From Squalus acanthias (taxonomy: Eukaryota), in the NCBI GenBank assembly GCA_030390025.1, contig CM059432.1, positions 120,778,001 to 120,842,000 on the forward strand: a stretch of 64,000 nt of DNA. The letters are read 5' to 3'. Numbering within the stretch: position 1 is the first letter of the stretch; each line of letters begins with the position of its first letter. The position numbers and the translations under genes are program-made. Shown here in pieces: positions 12,833-24,254 of the stretch. The notes below the pieces were generated by a model that was not told where the DNA came from, did no database searches, and saw nothing but the letters and a program-made list of their open reading frames with translations.

Positions 12833-13147
12833 AAAAAAGCAAAAACAAACTGCAGCTGTTGAAAATATGAAACAAAGAGAAGATGCAGCAAAAACACAGC
12901 AGGTCAAGCAGCATCTGTGGTAGGAAAAGAGGAGTCAACAGGTGTAATTTTCACCTTCACCAGCTGAGCAGTAATCGGGCGGAGTGGATCGCCCGCCCAT
13001 TGTGGAGCCTGCCCGATTTTGAAATCAGTTGGTTAAAAATCATGCAGCTTCCACAACAGGCAGGCAATCTGCTCTGCTGGATTACCACACAGGCAGTGAA
13101 AGTGAAAGTTATCTCCAACCTTTCAAGTCAGGACCCTCATCAAAATA
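12833..13147 (-). mobile_element. Penelope-derived short repeat with decayed hammerhead motif, interrupted by a MITE (about 12941-13116)
   Basis: Homologous to 58255-58388; the minus strand at about 13117-13145 reads tTGATGAgggtcctgacttGAAAggtt. Confidence 0.55.
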
Positions 13148-13520
13148 TTTTGTCCCGATCTTAACTCCAGGTGGATTCCCCGCTCAGGCCTGAGTTAAAA
13201 TTACAGTCGGCTCTCAATGATGTCATCAAGCCGCAACATACATATGTAAAGAAGGACCCTGTTGGCTCCCGGTGCGTGTGTCCTTGCTGCCTGCTCAGGA
13301 GAGCGGGTTAAAATTGCAGATGTAGCGACCGTGGCGGCTATCGTACAGGTAAGAGCCAGGGCAATTTTAACTGCCTGCCCCGCCAGGTTTCTGCTGAGCG
13401 AGTTGGGTTAAAATTGCCCCCCAAACCCAAAACGTTAACTCCTGTGTTCTCCCCACTTACAATACACTGTTCCATAACTCTGCAATTGCATGCATCCACC
13501 AGTTAAGCCTAGATGTACTA

Positions 13521-13800
13521 AAGAAAGAAAAAGAAAAAAAAGACTTGTATTTATATAACACCTTTCACGACGTCCCAGAATGCTTTTCATCCAATTAAGG
13601 ACTTTTGAAGTATAGTCACTGTTGTAATGTAGGAATTGTGGCTGCCAATTCGCGCACAGCAAGGTCCCATAAATAATAATCAAATAAATGACCAGAATAT
13701 CTGTATTTAGGCATTGGTTGAGGGATAAATGTTGGCCAGGGCACCGGGAGAACTCCCCTGCTCTTCTTCGAATAGTGCCATGGAATCTTTTATGTCCACC
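13521..13800 (-). mobile_element. Deu-domain SINE, 5'-truncated
   Basis: Matches the 3' two-thirds of the 39205 copy. Confidence 0.85.
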
Positions 13801-15689
13801 GTCAGTTTTGTTAAAGGCCACTGACCACCTACACATTGATGGATGGTACCCCTTGTGGTTCATGAATGAGATGGCATTTTTGTGGGGGCCCAGGTTGCCA
13901 CTTGGCTATCATCCATAATGCTCTGTGGAATCCTGTGAAGCAGGATTGGAATGCCTTCACAGATGGAACTACACAATTCTAGCCCGATTCTCAGACCGCT
14001 GCTTTTTGTCAGCATGGGTCTGTGGAATCATCAGTAAAGAGAGGGCAAAGACTTTAGAGCAAAGTTAACGTGTTAAATGGTGACTCTATTTAATAGCCAT
14101 TTCATTAACAAATGTTTAGTCCTGATGCTCTGGACATCATGAGTGTGGGGCAGGCTTGATGGAGCAGCTTATTTTCTCCTGCCTGTCAATTTCATATGTT
14201 TGAATGATCATGTATCATTAGGGACCAAAAATCATTGGTAGCTCACCCACAATTACCCAATGCAAACAGCCAGCGAACCATCTCCCTTACGTAGCCTACC
14301 TGAGCAGTTCAATTGCCAGGACCCCCAAGCGCCTACTGGGTAAGGAGCATGCTGTGCTCAGAGCCTCGGCCTAAGATGTAAGATTCAGTGCAGGACTTGT
14401 TTTAAAATATTTAAATGACCCTTGTCCATGCTGGTAGCACAGCAGGGTCATGGTTTAGCTCCATGTCGCCCATGAGAACATCAGGCGCCCGCAATCCTGA
14501 AGCCTGCAAGGGCCGCCAGCCAAGCTCTGTGCTGCCGGCAGGACCTCAGAAAATTGGGCCTCCGATATCACATTCATTGTGATGATGTGTGCAAGGATGC
14601 CTTGTTGAGTTTTGATTTGCTTCAGTGCATGGTATGTTTATAAACATATTTAGTTTGTGGAACCATTTTCCCTGAAGACTGTCATGTTAATTAACGGCAA
14701 CAGGCAAAGAAAAACATTATGCACACCATTCACTCTTGTATTTGTGCTTCGGAAAAAACAATCTAACTGTGATAGGGCTATCGTTCTGATTAGCCTATAT
14801 TTTTCCATCAGTGTTTCTTCTTTCAATTGTTCTTGATCATCGTTGAGGGTTAAACAAGAAACTATCTTACCACAGAGGAAATGAAACAGTTTGCCATCCA
14901 GACGGTAACCTCATACAATATTTATGCCTCTGCTCCACCCAGTAGTCTGCCAGGCTATGTGTATCTGTTGGAACAAGTAAGCATGGGAATAGCAGCAGTA
15001 ATTGTATCTGATAAAAGTGGCTCTATGTCCTGTCAGACAGTGTCTCATGTGGTAGCAAAAGATTTCATAGCAATGTGACATGATGATGATTTGCATCCGG
15101 CCCCATTATTGCATTGCATTGGACACGACTCTGTGTCTTCAGAAGGCCGTCCCCACATAAAACTTTTAAGAACTGATTTACACAAGTCTTTCATGTAGCG
15201 AGTCATGTAAAAAGTTTTTTTAAATCTATCAGCACTTTCCTTGCATAAATAATACAATATATGGCTTGCAAAACCAACTGCTTGATATGTCTAGATTTAA
15301 CCTGTGCATTGAGTGATCAGTTCTATTTGCCGTAACACATTATAATTACACCAATATCTATGGGGTGTCTTTTAGATGCAAGCTCAAATTTTACAATCTT
15401 CTCATTGACCCAATTAGATATAGCCCAATTGTGACTTTTGTGTAATTTTCATATAAACCATTTTGTTTATTTAAGCAGTGTGCAGAAGGTACCCTTGGTA
15501 TTCAAACAGCAATCATATATGAAAACTGATGCCTCCACTCCCTCTAGTGCTCTGTATTTGGTCAAGTGAGGAAGATTGGGAATTGTATCATTCAATTTAT
15601 CCAATGGTTGGCAAAAACAACTGTGAAAAAATTTGCAACAGGAAGGAAAGGACAAGATCCTTGTCCAAAGCCCTTCAATGAAGGCTTCC

Positions 15690-16415
15690 ATGCCACCCAC
15701 AACATCAAAACAGCACAGGTCAAAGTCATGAGTGGCAACTGTGGCTTACTGTCCCTGCTTTCCTCCTTGACCTTTCTGCTGTCTTCAACACTGTTAACCA
15801 AATTGCATCCCTCGGCCATTTCTCCACCATGGTCCACCTCCACGGCACTGCTATCTCCTGGTTACTACCTGTCACACTGTAGGTATTACATTGCCCTAAA
15901 TTGTTTCTCCTCCCATCTCTAAATAGTCACCTCTGATGTAGCCCATATTTCCTTCCTTGGTCTCCTTTTCATCAATTTACATACTCTTGATGTTATCTGG
16001 AAGTACAAGATCAGTTTTCACATGTGCTGCAGACACATAGCTCTATCTTCTCCACCTCCTCCATTGATCCCATCTCTACTTCCCCATCTGACATCCAGCT
16101 GAATGATGTCATCTCCAGTTCCCATAAAACCTATGCACCTCTGGCCTTGGCTCTATCTCTTTCCCCAGCTGGCAACGCAGGCTCAGACAGAAGGTCCAGA
16201 ACCTTGGAATATTGCTCAACCCAAAACTCAGCTTTCTCCCTATGTTCAATCTATCATGAAGACCAAATTCTATCACCTCCACAGCATCACCCATCTCCAC
16301 CCCGACCTCTCCCCCTCTGTCAATGAAATCTTAACCCACCCTTTTATCACCTGAGGCTGGACATTTTCAATGTTCTCCTTGTCAGCCTTCCCACTTCTAC
16401 CATTGATCAAGAATT
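15690..16415 (+). mobile_element. Old L2-type LINE RT fragment
   Basis: Decayed L2 RT motifs (GF...H...TA, LDLSA.F-like, LIH.FITSRLD-like at about 16330-16375). Confidence 0.6.
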
Positions 16416-17324
16416 TTAAAATGTTGTAACTATTAAAGGGCAAAAAGCCTAAGCTTGCACAGCTAGTTCTCCTCCGTCATTGCCAGGTAACTGTGCCTTG
16501 GACTGTAAATATGGTTGATGGCATCATGGCGAGTGTGAGTAGTTCAAGCCTGGTGGCTCTCATCTCCCTGACATGCCTTCTTTGCTTTTCTACATCCCCT
16601 TGATTGAGATCCTGTTATAGCAGACGGAGCATTGAAAGCAACCTCCTATCTTGTAATGGCACTAACTTTGGTGACCTTTAACACCTATTTTAAATAAACA
16701 AGCTTAGCATTGGGTGGGAAATAGGGAAATTGTGGGCTCCCTTATTATGCGCAGTGTTGAATAACATTTGGCTCTCTAACAAAGCTCTCAAACATTGGGG
16801 GCGATTTTCCCAGCCCCGAGGAGGCGGGTTTGGAGGCGGGACAGTTGGCAAAATCGCAAAAACTGAGGGCGGGTTCGGAACCCGCCTCCAACGTGCCTCC
16901 ACGCAATTTTGCCGGAGGCGGGTTTGATGGGTGCGATTCGGTCCCGCCTCCATCAGCCGGGAGAGGTAGTTAAGACCCTTATATAGTTGTTAAGGGCCTC
17001 TATAATCCTATTTTGACAGGCCTTCGTTATTTTGCCACATTTTGTGTGTATTGCACGACCCTCCTAAACCACGCCAGCTAATCCTGGCGGGTTGACAAGT
17101 GGGTGGCCTCCTCACAGCTGCAGCTCCACCATTAAAACAGAGCTTTCATCAGGGAGCAGTTGCAGGTGGCAGAACTTTTGTTCCAAAGGTCTTTCAGCAC
17201 TTTTAGCAGGCCTACCAAAGCCGGAGATGCTGCAGCTTCTATCTCTCAACTGTGGGACCTCCTTCGAAGACCCTCTCCCCGCTTGGACTGAGCGCTTCCC
17301 CAACGGAGGTATCTGCCTAGCAGC

Positions 17325-18517
17325 ATGGGAACCATTTATTTCTTTCACCATAGACCTCAGATTCGGATGAGGAGCAGCCACAGCAGCAGCAGAACCAGGA
17401 AGCTCAGCAGCAACAGCAGCAGGAGCCTCAACCTCCTGCTCACCCACCTGATGCTGCACAGGGCAGAAGGCACCCGTGCATGGAAGCACGTCGCCGCAGG
17501 AGATACCCCCCTCTCAGGGTTTACAGACAGAGGATGAGCTACCTCAACATGACTGAGCAGCAGTGCCAACGGAGGCTGAGACTTTCGCGACAGGTTGTCG
17601 GAGACATCTGCGCACTGCTGAACCAAGACCTGGAGCCCAGAGGAGCGGGTGGACACCCCTTACCAGTGGCTGTCAAAGTCACCACTGCACTCACCTTTTT
17701 TGCCTCAGGCTCCTTCCAGGGATCATCAGCAGACATCAGCGGCATCTCCCAGTCGACCGCCCACAGTTGCATCATGCAGGTTACCGATGCCCTTTTCGCA
17801 AAGGCGCACGATTACATCCACTTCTCAAGGGATCAAGCAAGTGTAATTGCGCGTTCAGTTGGTTTTGCAAATATGGCAGGCTTGCCAATAGTGCAGGGCG
17901 TCATAGACTGTACACATGTGGCCCTTAGGACACCCCATCACAACCCAGCTATCTTTGTCAACTGCAAGGGTTTCCACTCCCTCAACATACAGCTGGTGTG
18001 TAACCACAAGAAGGAAATTTTACATGTTTGTGCCAAGTTCTGTGGCAGTTGCCATGACACATTCATCCTGCGGAACTCTAGTGTTCTTCCGTTCTTCAAT
18101 CCGCCAAACCAACTTAACAGAAGAAGTGGCTAATGATGCCGATCAGGAGGCCAGCTTATGAGTCTGAGGAGCGCTAAACGCACCAGCCACATTTCGACCA
18201 GGTCCATCATCGAGCAAACCATTGGCTTGCCGAAGATGCGATTCCGATGCCTTGACAGATCAGGTGGAATCCTGCAGTATTCAGCAGCCAGGGTCTCCAG
18301 AATGGTCGTGGTCTGCTGTGCACTGCACAACATGGCACAGCGTCGTGGCTTGCAGCTTCCTCATGAGCAAGTGGCTCAGTTCATAGCCTCCTCAGATGAG
18401 GAGGAGGAGGGGGAGGAGGACCGAGCGGCGGCGTATCGACCAGCAGCAGCGGCAGCACGCGAGCACATGGCTGCCTGTGATGCAAGGGATGCACTCATCC
18501 TGGCCAGATTTGCATAG
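17325..18517 (+). pseudogene. Harbinger (DDE_Tnp_4 / HARBI1-like) transposase, disrupted
   Basis: Motifs GVIDCTH, KGFHSLN.QLVC, GSCHD, R..IEQTIG..K.RFRCL and CCALHN. There is a frameshift and stop near 17345-17353, and the GDxGY motif is deleted near 18120. Confidence 0.92.
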
Positions 18518-18759
18518 GTTGCCCACTGTGGCACATGTGCTTGGCTCCTTCTTAACACATGATAGACAATAGACATGACTCTCTGGCCTCCTTTCACTCT
18601 GACCACCAACTTGATCACACAAGTGTTGCGGAGCCTGCAATGTGGAGCTGCCTAAGCCAAAATAACAGATGCCATCACGCCAACAGTTTGCCATCACCTA
18701 AATTTAATACATTCACACAGGGATGGCATTTCATCAATAAACAGAAACAATCACCCAAT

Positions 18760-19623
18760 CTGCACACAGATCTGGAGGTTATATCCTTTGCTAGGTGGAC
18801 CCACAAAGCTATGGGGGGGAAAAATTGAGTAGCGCCCCGAAAAAATTAGTGCCCCCACGGCCGAAATTCATCAGTAGTGCCCCAAGAGGGAAGCGAGGTG
18901 CTACTGGAAGCGCGCCACCTCCCTTTTGGGGCACTGTGAGGGAATAGCGCGGCTCTACGTTGTGCGAGGCCCCTCCCCTTCTTAAAGGGGAGGGGCCTAG
19001 CGCAACGCGATCTGGGGCCCAGCTGGCCCACCGGGATCGGTGTGCCGGCAAAAGAGCCCGGCACTCAAGAGAAGTGCCAGGCTCATGGAACGCAGCCGGC
19101 ACGCTGCAGGGTGGGGGCGGGGTGCTCAGAAGGCCAGGGATGGCAATGGAGGCAGGTGCCGGCAGGCAGCCAGCAACAAAAATGGTCGCCCGGCACCTCG
19201 CCTTTAATTAGCGCCGCAGGTAGGCCCCCCTGACCCCGTCGGACATCGCATCCGGCGGTAAGTCAGGGGGCGCTACCGAAGATCGTGGCCGGGGCGCGAG
19301 CGGGACGCTGCGCATGGCGACGACGTCATCGCCGGTGGCGCAGTGCCGCGGGGCGCTAACAGTTACCGCCGCCGCTAACCTCCCGCTGAATTTTGCGGGA
19401 GGTGTTGGCGGTGCCGCAACCCAGCGCCATTTGCTTTGCGCCCCATTTAGGGCACTAACTGGAGGCGCAAAGCAACCGAGTTTCTCCCCCTTGGTTTCTT
19501 TGGGAGGCCTCTTCCTCCCAGATGAGGGGAAGAGCACCTCCCTGCTAGCTCTCGCCTCTCAACCAGCATACCCAGTGCCTCATCCGAGAACCTCGGGGAG
19601 GCACTTGCCTTGGAACTGGCCAT
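18760..19623 (-). pseudogene. Remnant exon 1 of the Harbinger Myb/SANT-like gene, split by a MITE
   Basis: MASSKASASPRFSDEAL...REVLFPSSGRKRPPKET (19623-19491) resumes as ALWVHLAKDITSRSVCR (18810-18760). It aligns with exon 1 of the gene at 20589. Confidence 0.85.
18814..19490. mobile_element. GC-rich Harbinger-type MITE nested in element A
   Basis: Ends ggggggaaaaattg / gagtttctccccc; imperfect 3-bp TSD (ATG/TTG); homologous to 51705-52419 and to the end of element D. Confidence 0.85.
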
Positions 19624-20485
19624 TCTTCAAGGAGATAAAAGTTTGGAGGTGGTGCAGCATCGAACAAAAACCAGTGGAATGAGCCAAGGCAGCAAGCAGC
19701 CCTTAAATGAAGCTGGATAAGTGACGTCAGCAGAGGCGAGTTTCAGTCCCAAATGACTAATTGGCCCAGGGGAACCCACATCTCTGAAAGTAACTGGCCA
19801 ATTACGGGAAAATCGCACAATTTTCCCACCTGACTGTGGAGGCGGGTTTAGAACCCACCCAAACCGAAGCCCGCCTCCAACCCGCCTCCAATGGGAAAAT
19901 CGCTCCCATTATGTCTGAAGTAGAACACCACCGGGGCAGGTGTAGCAACCAAAGGCAGGAATCTTGCATATAGCATGAAGTGAACAGGGAGCTGGCAAAT
20001 TCTATAACTCATGATTGACACCTGCTCACCTAGTTCCTGCTACCAAATGCACTTTATGCCCTCAGGCACAAGGGCAGGTTGGTGACTTACTTCTAACTCG
20101 TTGCAAATGCTTGTCTACTACTGACCAATAGGAGGAGCATGAGACCCGCTCAGCAAGATTCATTCTATTTTGCTTCCCTCCTTCACTGTGTGGCCTCCTC
20201 CCGACACATGCTGACAGCGTCTGAGATCAAGCTCTTACGCTGTGCAATAACAGGTGTGAACCATCATTGCACCATGCTGCAGTAAACCACATTGACACAC
20301 TAACACATCGGGCTGGATTTTGTCTTGGGGTCGGGTTGGGGTCGTGTTATCCGCATTTCATGTTGTCCCCCCGACTCCAGATGAATGTGGATGAATGATG
20401 CGATTTTAACTTAATTGGCCAATTGACTTCCAACATGTGGGAACCCATGGCCAATGAGTTATTCCAATCTGAAAGTCGCCTCCGA

Positions 20486-20515
20486 TGACGTCATCATTGC
20501 TGCTGCATTTAAGGT
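20486..20515 (+). promoter_or_regulatory. Candidate promoter of the Myb-like gene (CRE TGACGTCA plus TTTAAGG, with CCAAT upstream)
   Basis: The same CRE and TTTAAGG occur about 100 bp upstream of the ATG in copy A (19722-19729, minus) and copy C (41230-41237). Confidence 0.45.
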
Positions 20516-20588
20516 CTGCAACAAGCCTTACTTCCTCTGCAGGCTGCCAAGCTTTTGGACCTCTAATCTAAAGGCACCTGCAGCAGGA

Positions 20589-22443
20589 ATGGCCAGCCAA
20601 CGGCCCAGGGCTGCTCCCAGGTTCCATGACGTTGCCCTGCAGGCTTTGGTGGATGGAGCAAGAGCCAACAGGGAGGTGCTCTTCCCCTCCTCAGGGAGGA
20701 AGAAGCCTCCCCAGCAGACAAAGGCTGTGTGGGTCCAGATCGCCCAGGAGGTCACCTCCTTATCATTCACCTGCAGAACCTGGATCCAGTGCAGGAAGAG
20801 GTTTCATGACCTTCTACGTACTGCTAAAGTGAGTATGACTTTCCCTTCACCATCAATCTGATCCCCATTGCCTCTCCTCACCAGCACTCAGCTTTAGCAA
20901 CCTCTTCTTCCATATCCCACTTGACACTGACATCCATGCACCCTTACCCATTCCCTCTCCCTCTATGGTCACATTCACCTTACTATTCGACTATGCAGCC
21001 CTCACACTACCTATCGCTGTCATGCTTTGAAAACAACTTACAACACACAGGGACGGCCCTTAGTCTCACCACCTCAATCCATCATTGTCTCCATCTAAGC
21101 ATCTATGCTATGGATTCTCTACACTCACTCCTTCAATCTCACTCAAACTCCACTTGTCTCCCTCATTGCAGGAAAAGAGAGCTCACAATAAAAGCGAAAG
21201 AGCCAGGACAGGAGGAGGGCCACCCTCATTAGCCCAGCTCACCCCCTGGGAGGATGCGGTCCTGGAGATCGTGGGCTTAGAGGAGGAAACGCAAGTGGGG
21301 GACGGACAGACGGGTGCATCAGAGCAAGCTGGTGACTGAATAGTGTTCCATCTCTCTCATTGACATTGCATGAGTCGCTGAGAATGAATCTGAAGCTCTA
21401 ACAGATGGATTTATGATCATCTGCAATATGCAATGTGCATGTAACCTTGGCATCACATCTCTGACTCTTTCCTTTACTCCCCCACAGGATCATCGCAAGC
21501 ACCTGTCCCCACTAGCCAGGAGGAAGAGCATAAGCCTCAAGACTCCTCAGAGGAAGCTGCAACCTCTGAGGGCGCAGCGTCAGCAGAACTCAGCGCACCC
21601 AGCACCAGCGCAGACACTCACACCTCGGTGGGACCCTCAGGACATAGTGTAGTGTTGTCACCTAGTGTATCACAGCTCACAAGTGAGCATCAGCAGATGG
21701 TGGAGACAGGGACAGCAGTGGAGAGTCCTAGTCGGAGGGCGCAGGACTGTCCTAGCTCGGCTCAGCTGCATGTCGACCCTCTGCCTCTGGGTCCATCCAT
21801 AAGATCAGCGGTGCTGGGACTCCAGGAACAGATGCAGGAGTCTCTGACAGGTTTTGACTCCAGGGTCGCTGCGAGTGTGGAGCGAATGGAGGAGTCCATA
21901 GCGAACATCAGCAGAGCCTTTGTGGAGTCATTGGCGCATGAACGCATCACCACGGAAAGGATGGCAACCTCCGTGGAAAGGATGGCTACAGTAGATGAGA
22001 GGATGGCTACGGCTATGGAGGAGATAAGTCGCCAGAGTGCAGAAAACATGGTCATTGTTCAGAATGGACTGGCATCTCTTGAGGAGCGATGGTCATCTAT
22101 TGAACAGAGAAACCAGACCTTCATGGAAGTCCTTCTGAGTAGGACTTCCAGTGCAGATACGGGTCCCCATGGCCCCCCTGATGTGCAGCAAGGTGCTCTC
22201 AAGCCACTTGCAAGCGCTGAGGTGGATCTGACCCATGAGAGGGATGTTGGTGGCACACAACAAGGAGGTGGGGGCTCCTCTCCAAGTGCTCACACTTCCA
22301 TGCCACTGACAGTTCCTCGATCAGAGCCCCACCAGAATCCACACCCAAGTGAGATCGGCGTCTCAACCCCTGCCCAGCCGCAGGAGCAGCAGACTGTTGC
22401 CGAGCCCTCTCAGATTCACAACCCCAGAGGACGCCCGCCATAG
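20589..22443 (+). CDS. Three-exon Harbinger Myb/SANT-like DNA-binding, coiled-coil protein (exons 20589-20828, 21172-21331, 21488-22443; 451 aa)
   Basis: GT-AG introns with compatible phases (0 and 1), conserved in copy C. Motifs RF...L..LV, W..IA..V, RTW.QC.KRF.DL and R.RTGGGP. The TAG at 22441 replaces an AAG seen in copy C. AATAAA at 22622. Confidence 0.8.
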
Positions 22444-24254
22444 GAGTCAACACAGGAGCAGCAACAAAGTGAGCAGGGGGCCTCCACTTCTGCTGAAGCC
22501 ACAGGGGAAGCACCACGTAGGAGCACACGTAAGAGAAAGAAACTGCACAAATAGTCACAAGGGTAGTCACTTGGGTGAATTTTGATGTTTATCGTGAAAA
22601 AGCCATCAGGTGTAAAGTTTAAATAAAAACTCTGATGGCTACAGCTGCAGTTGTGGCATCTGTCATTTCGCTAATGGGACTTCTACAATGAGGCCTTAGG
22701 ATAACTTGCAAAAGTGTTTCCTATCAGGCGTGCTTCACGTGGGAAAAGGGTTAAACTACCTAAAATGCTTCAAAATGGCATTACTGAGCCACTTTAGGGA
22801 TGGTTGAGGGCTTTAATGGCCTCTCCCGCCTCTTGGAGGCGGGATGGAGTCGAGACCCCCGCGACCGATTTTGTCAAAATTGCGTGGAGGCGTGTTGGAG
22901 TCAGGATGGGGTCAGGACCCCCGAATCTGCTACTTTAACCCTCCACACGCCTCCAAACCCGACTCAACGGGTCATTGAAAATCCAGCCCATCTTCCCAGC
23001 GGGCTACCTGGAGCCAGTTCTTGTGAGATTTATACATGCTGAACAAAAGTATTCAAAATTTGTGTTATTTGTTGTCCAAACTCTGGGCAATCTGTGGTTT
23101 TTTAAAGTTTTTCTTACACATGCTTTAAAAAAACTCAGTCATATTGGCCCAATGTTGCCCTCGACATCTCTGGATTTTTGTTTTGGATTATTTCTTCAAA
23201 CAGCTGGGCCATGAAAAGTCACTCGCTATTTGTCAAGAGCTTCAAACCTGAGCAGTGACTTGTTCGAGAGCCCCTCTCACAAACTCATCAGTAAACCAAC
23301 TCCACTTACTTCTGTTTAACAATAACGTACATGTAATACATAAAAAGAAAATATCAACAAATTTTCCTAAGCATCAAATCAGGTTTAGTTTGTATTATAT
23401 ACCATGCATGAAGTGCTTTTCTTAAATAGATCGTCAGTATTTGTTTTTACAGATTATGTGTAGTTTGGTTGTAGACCTGATACTGTGGGATAGAAATTAG
23501 GATCTGTTATGCCCACTTTACAAGCATAAAATGAGTGCAAAGCATGCCTAATTAGCAGTGGAATATTGTAACACTGTCATGGTAAACTTGACTGAATCTC
23601 CATTTGACTGAATCTAAAAGTAACCAAATGTACAGACAAGCTTTGAGGGCAAGAGACTGCTTGGCTAAAAACATTTGTAAAATAAGTGATGTGTTGGTAC
23701 TTTTTCTTCAAAAGATAATATCTTGAAAATTCTGTGAGAACCACAAGTCAACAATCCTGCAGATCTGAAAAACAACGACTCTCTCCAATCTTTGGATGTC
23801 TGGCCTTGGTTAACTAAGCATCAAAACAGATAGGAAGAGAGAGAGAGAGCAGCAGCAACAGCGGGAGCGGCGGACCTGCGAGGGAGCAGCGGCTGTGGGT
23901 GAAAATAAAGGTCGGTGATTTTTCAGGCCCAGTCGAGCAGCAGGCAGCAGTGGGAGTGGCGGCACAATTTGAGAGTGACATCACAGTACAGAAAGTGACG
24001 CCAGCGCAGGGGAAGCAGCTGATTGGGTGAGTACGGCCAGGTGAGTATTTATACTAATCTATAATTTGACAGTTAAGGTTAATAGTTTATAAGGTTTAGA
24101 AGGTCTTCATTTTGTGGTTTATAGTTGCTAAGGTCTCTGTTGTGTAGCGGGGAGTGCTAGTAAACAAGGGCCCTTGAGTATATCATTTAATTGTAGTGTA
24201 ATCAGTGGTATTGATTTGATTTCATTTAATTTAAGTTAATTAAAAGGGTAAGTC

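Larger units (their letters stand above)
16797..19907 (+). mobile_element. PIF/Harbinger DNA transposon A (transposase retained, Myb gene mostly deleted)
   Basis: 16-bp TIRs gggggcgattttccca / tgggaaaatcgctccc (1 mismatch), a 3-bp TSD ATT (16794-16796, 19908-19910), and Harbinger transposase homology. Confidence 0.93.
20310..22989 (+). mobile_element. PIF/Harbinger element B: non-autonomous, Myb gene only
   Basis: Perfect 12-bp TIRs gggctggatttt / aaaatccagccc; TSD ATC (20307-20309, 22990-22992); no transposase sequence. Confidence 0.93.

Noticed and set aside
17480..18517. Host gene HARBI1
   Set aside because: It lies inside TIRs with a TSD, is frameshifted and lacks the GDxGY aspartate, so it is a transposon copy.
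20589..22443. Calling the Myb gene NAIF1 or an MSANTD orthologue
   Set aside because: It is bounded by TIRs and a TSD and has paralogous decayed copies nearby; orthology cannot be shown from the sequence alone.
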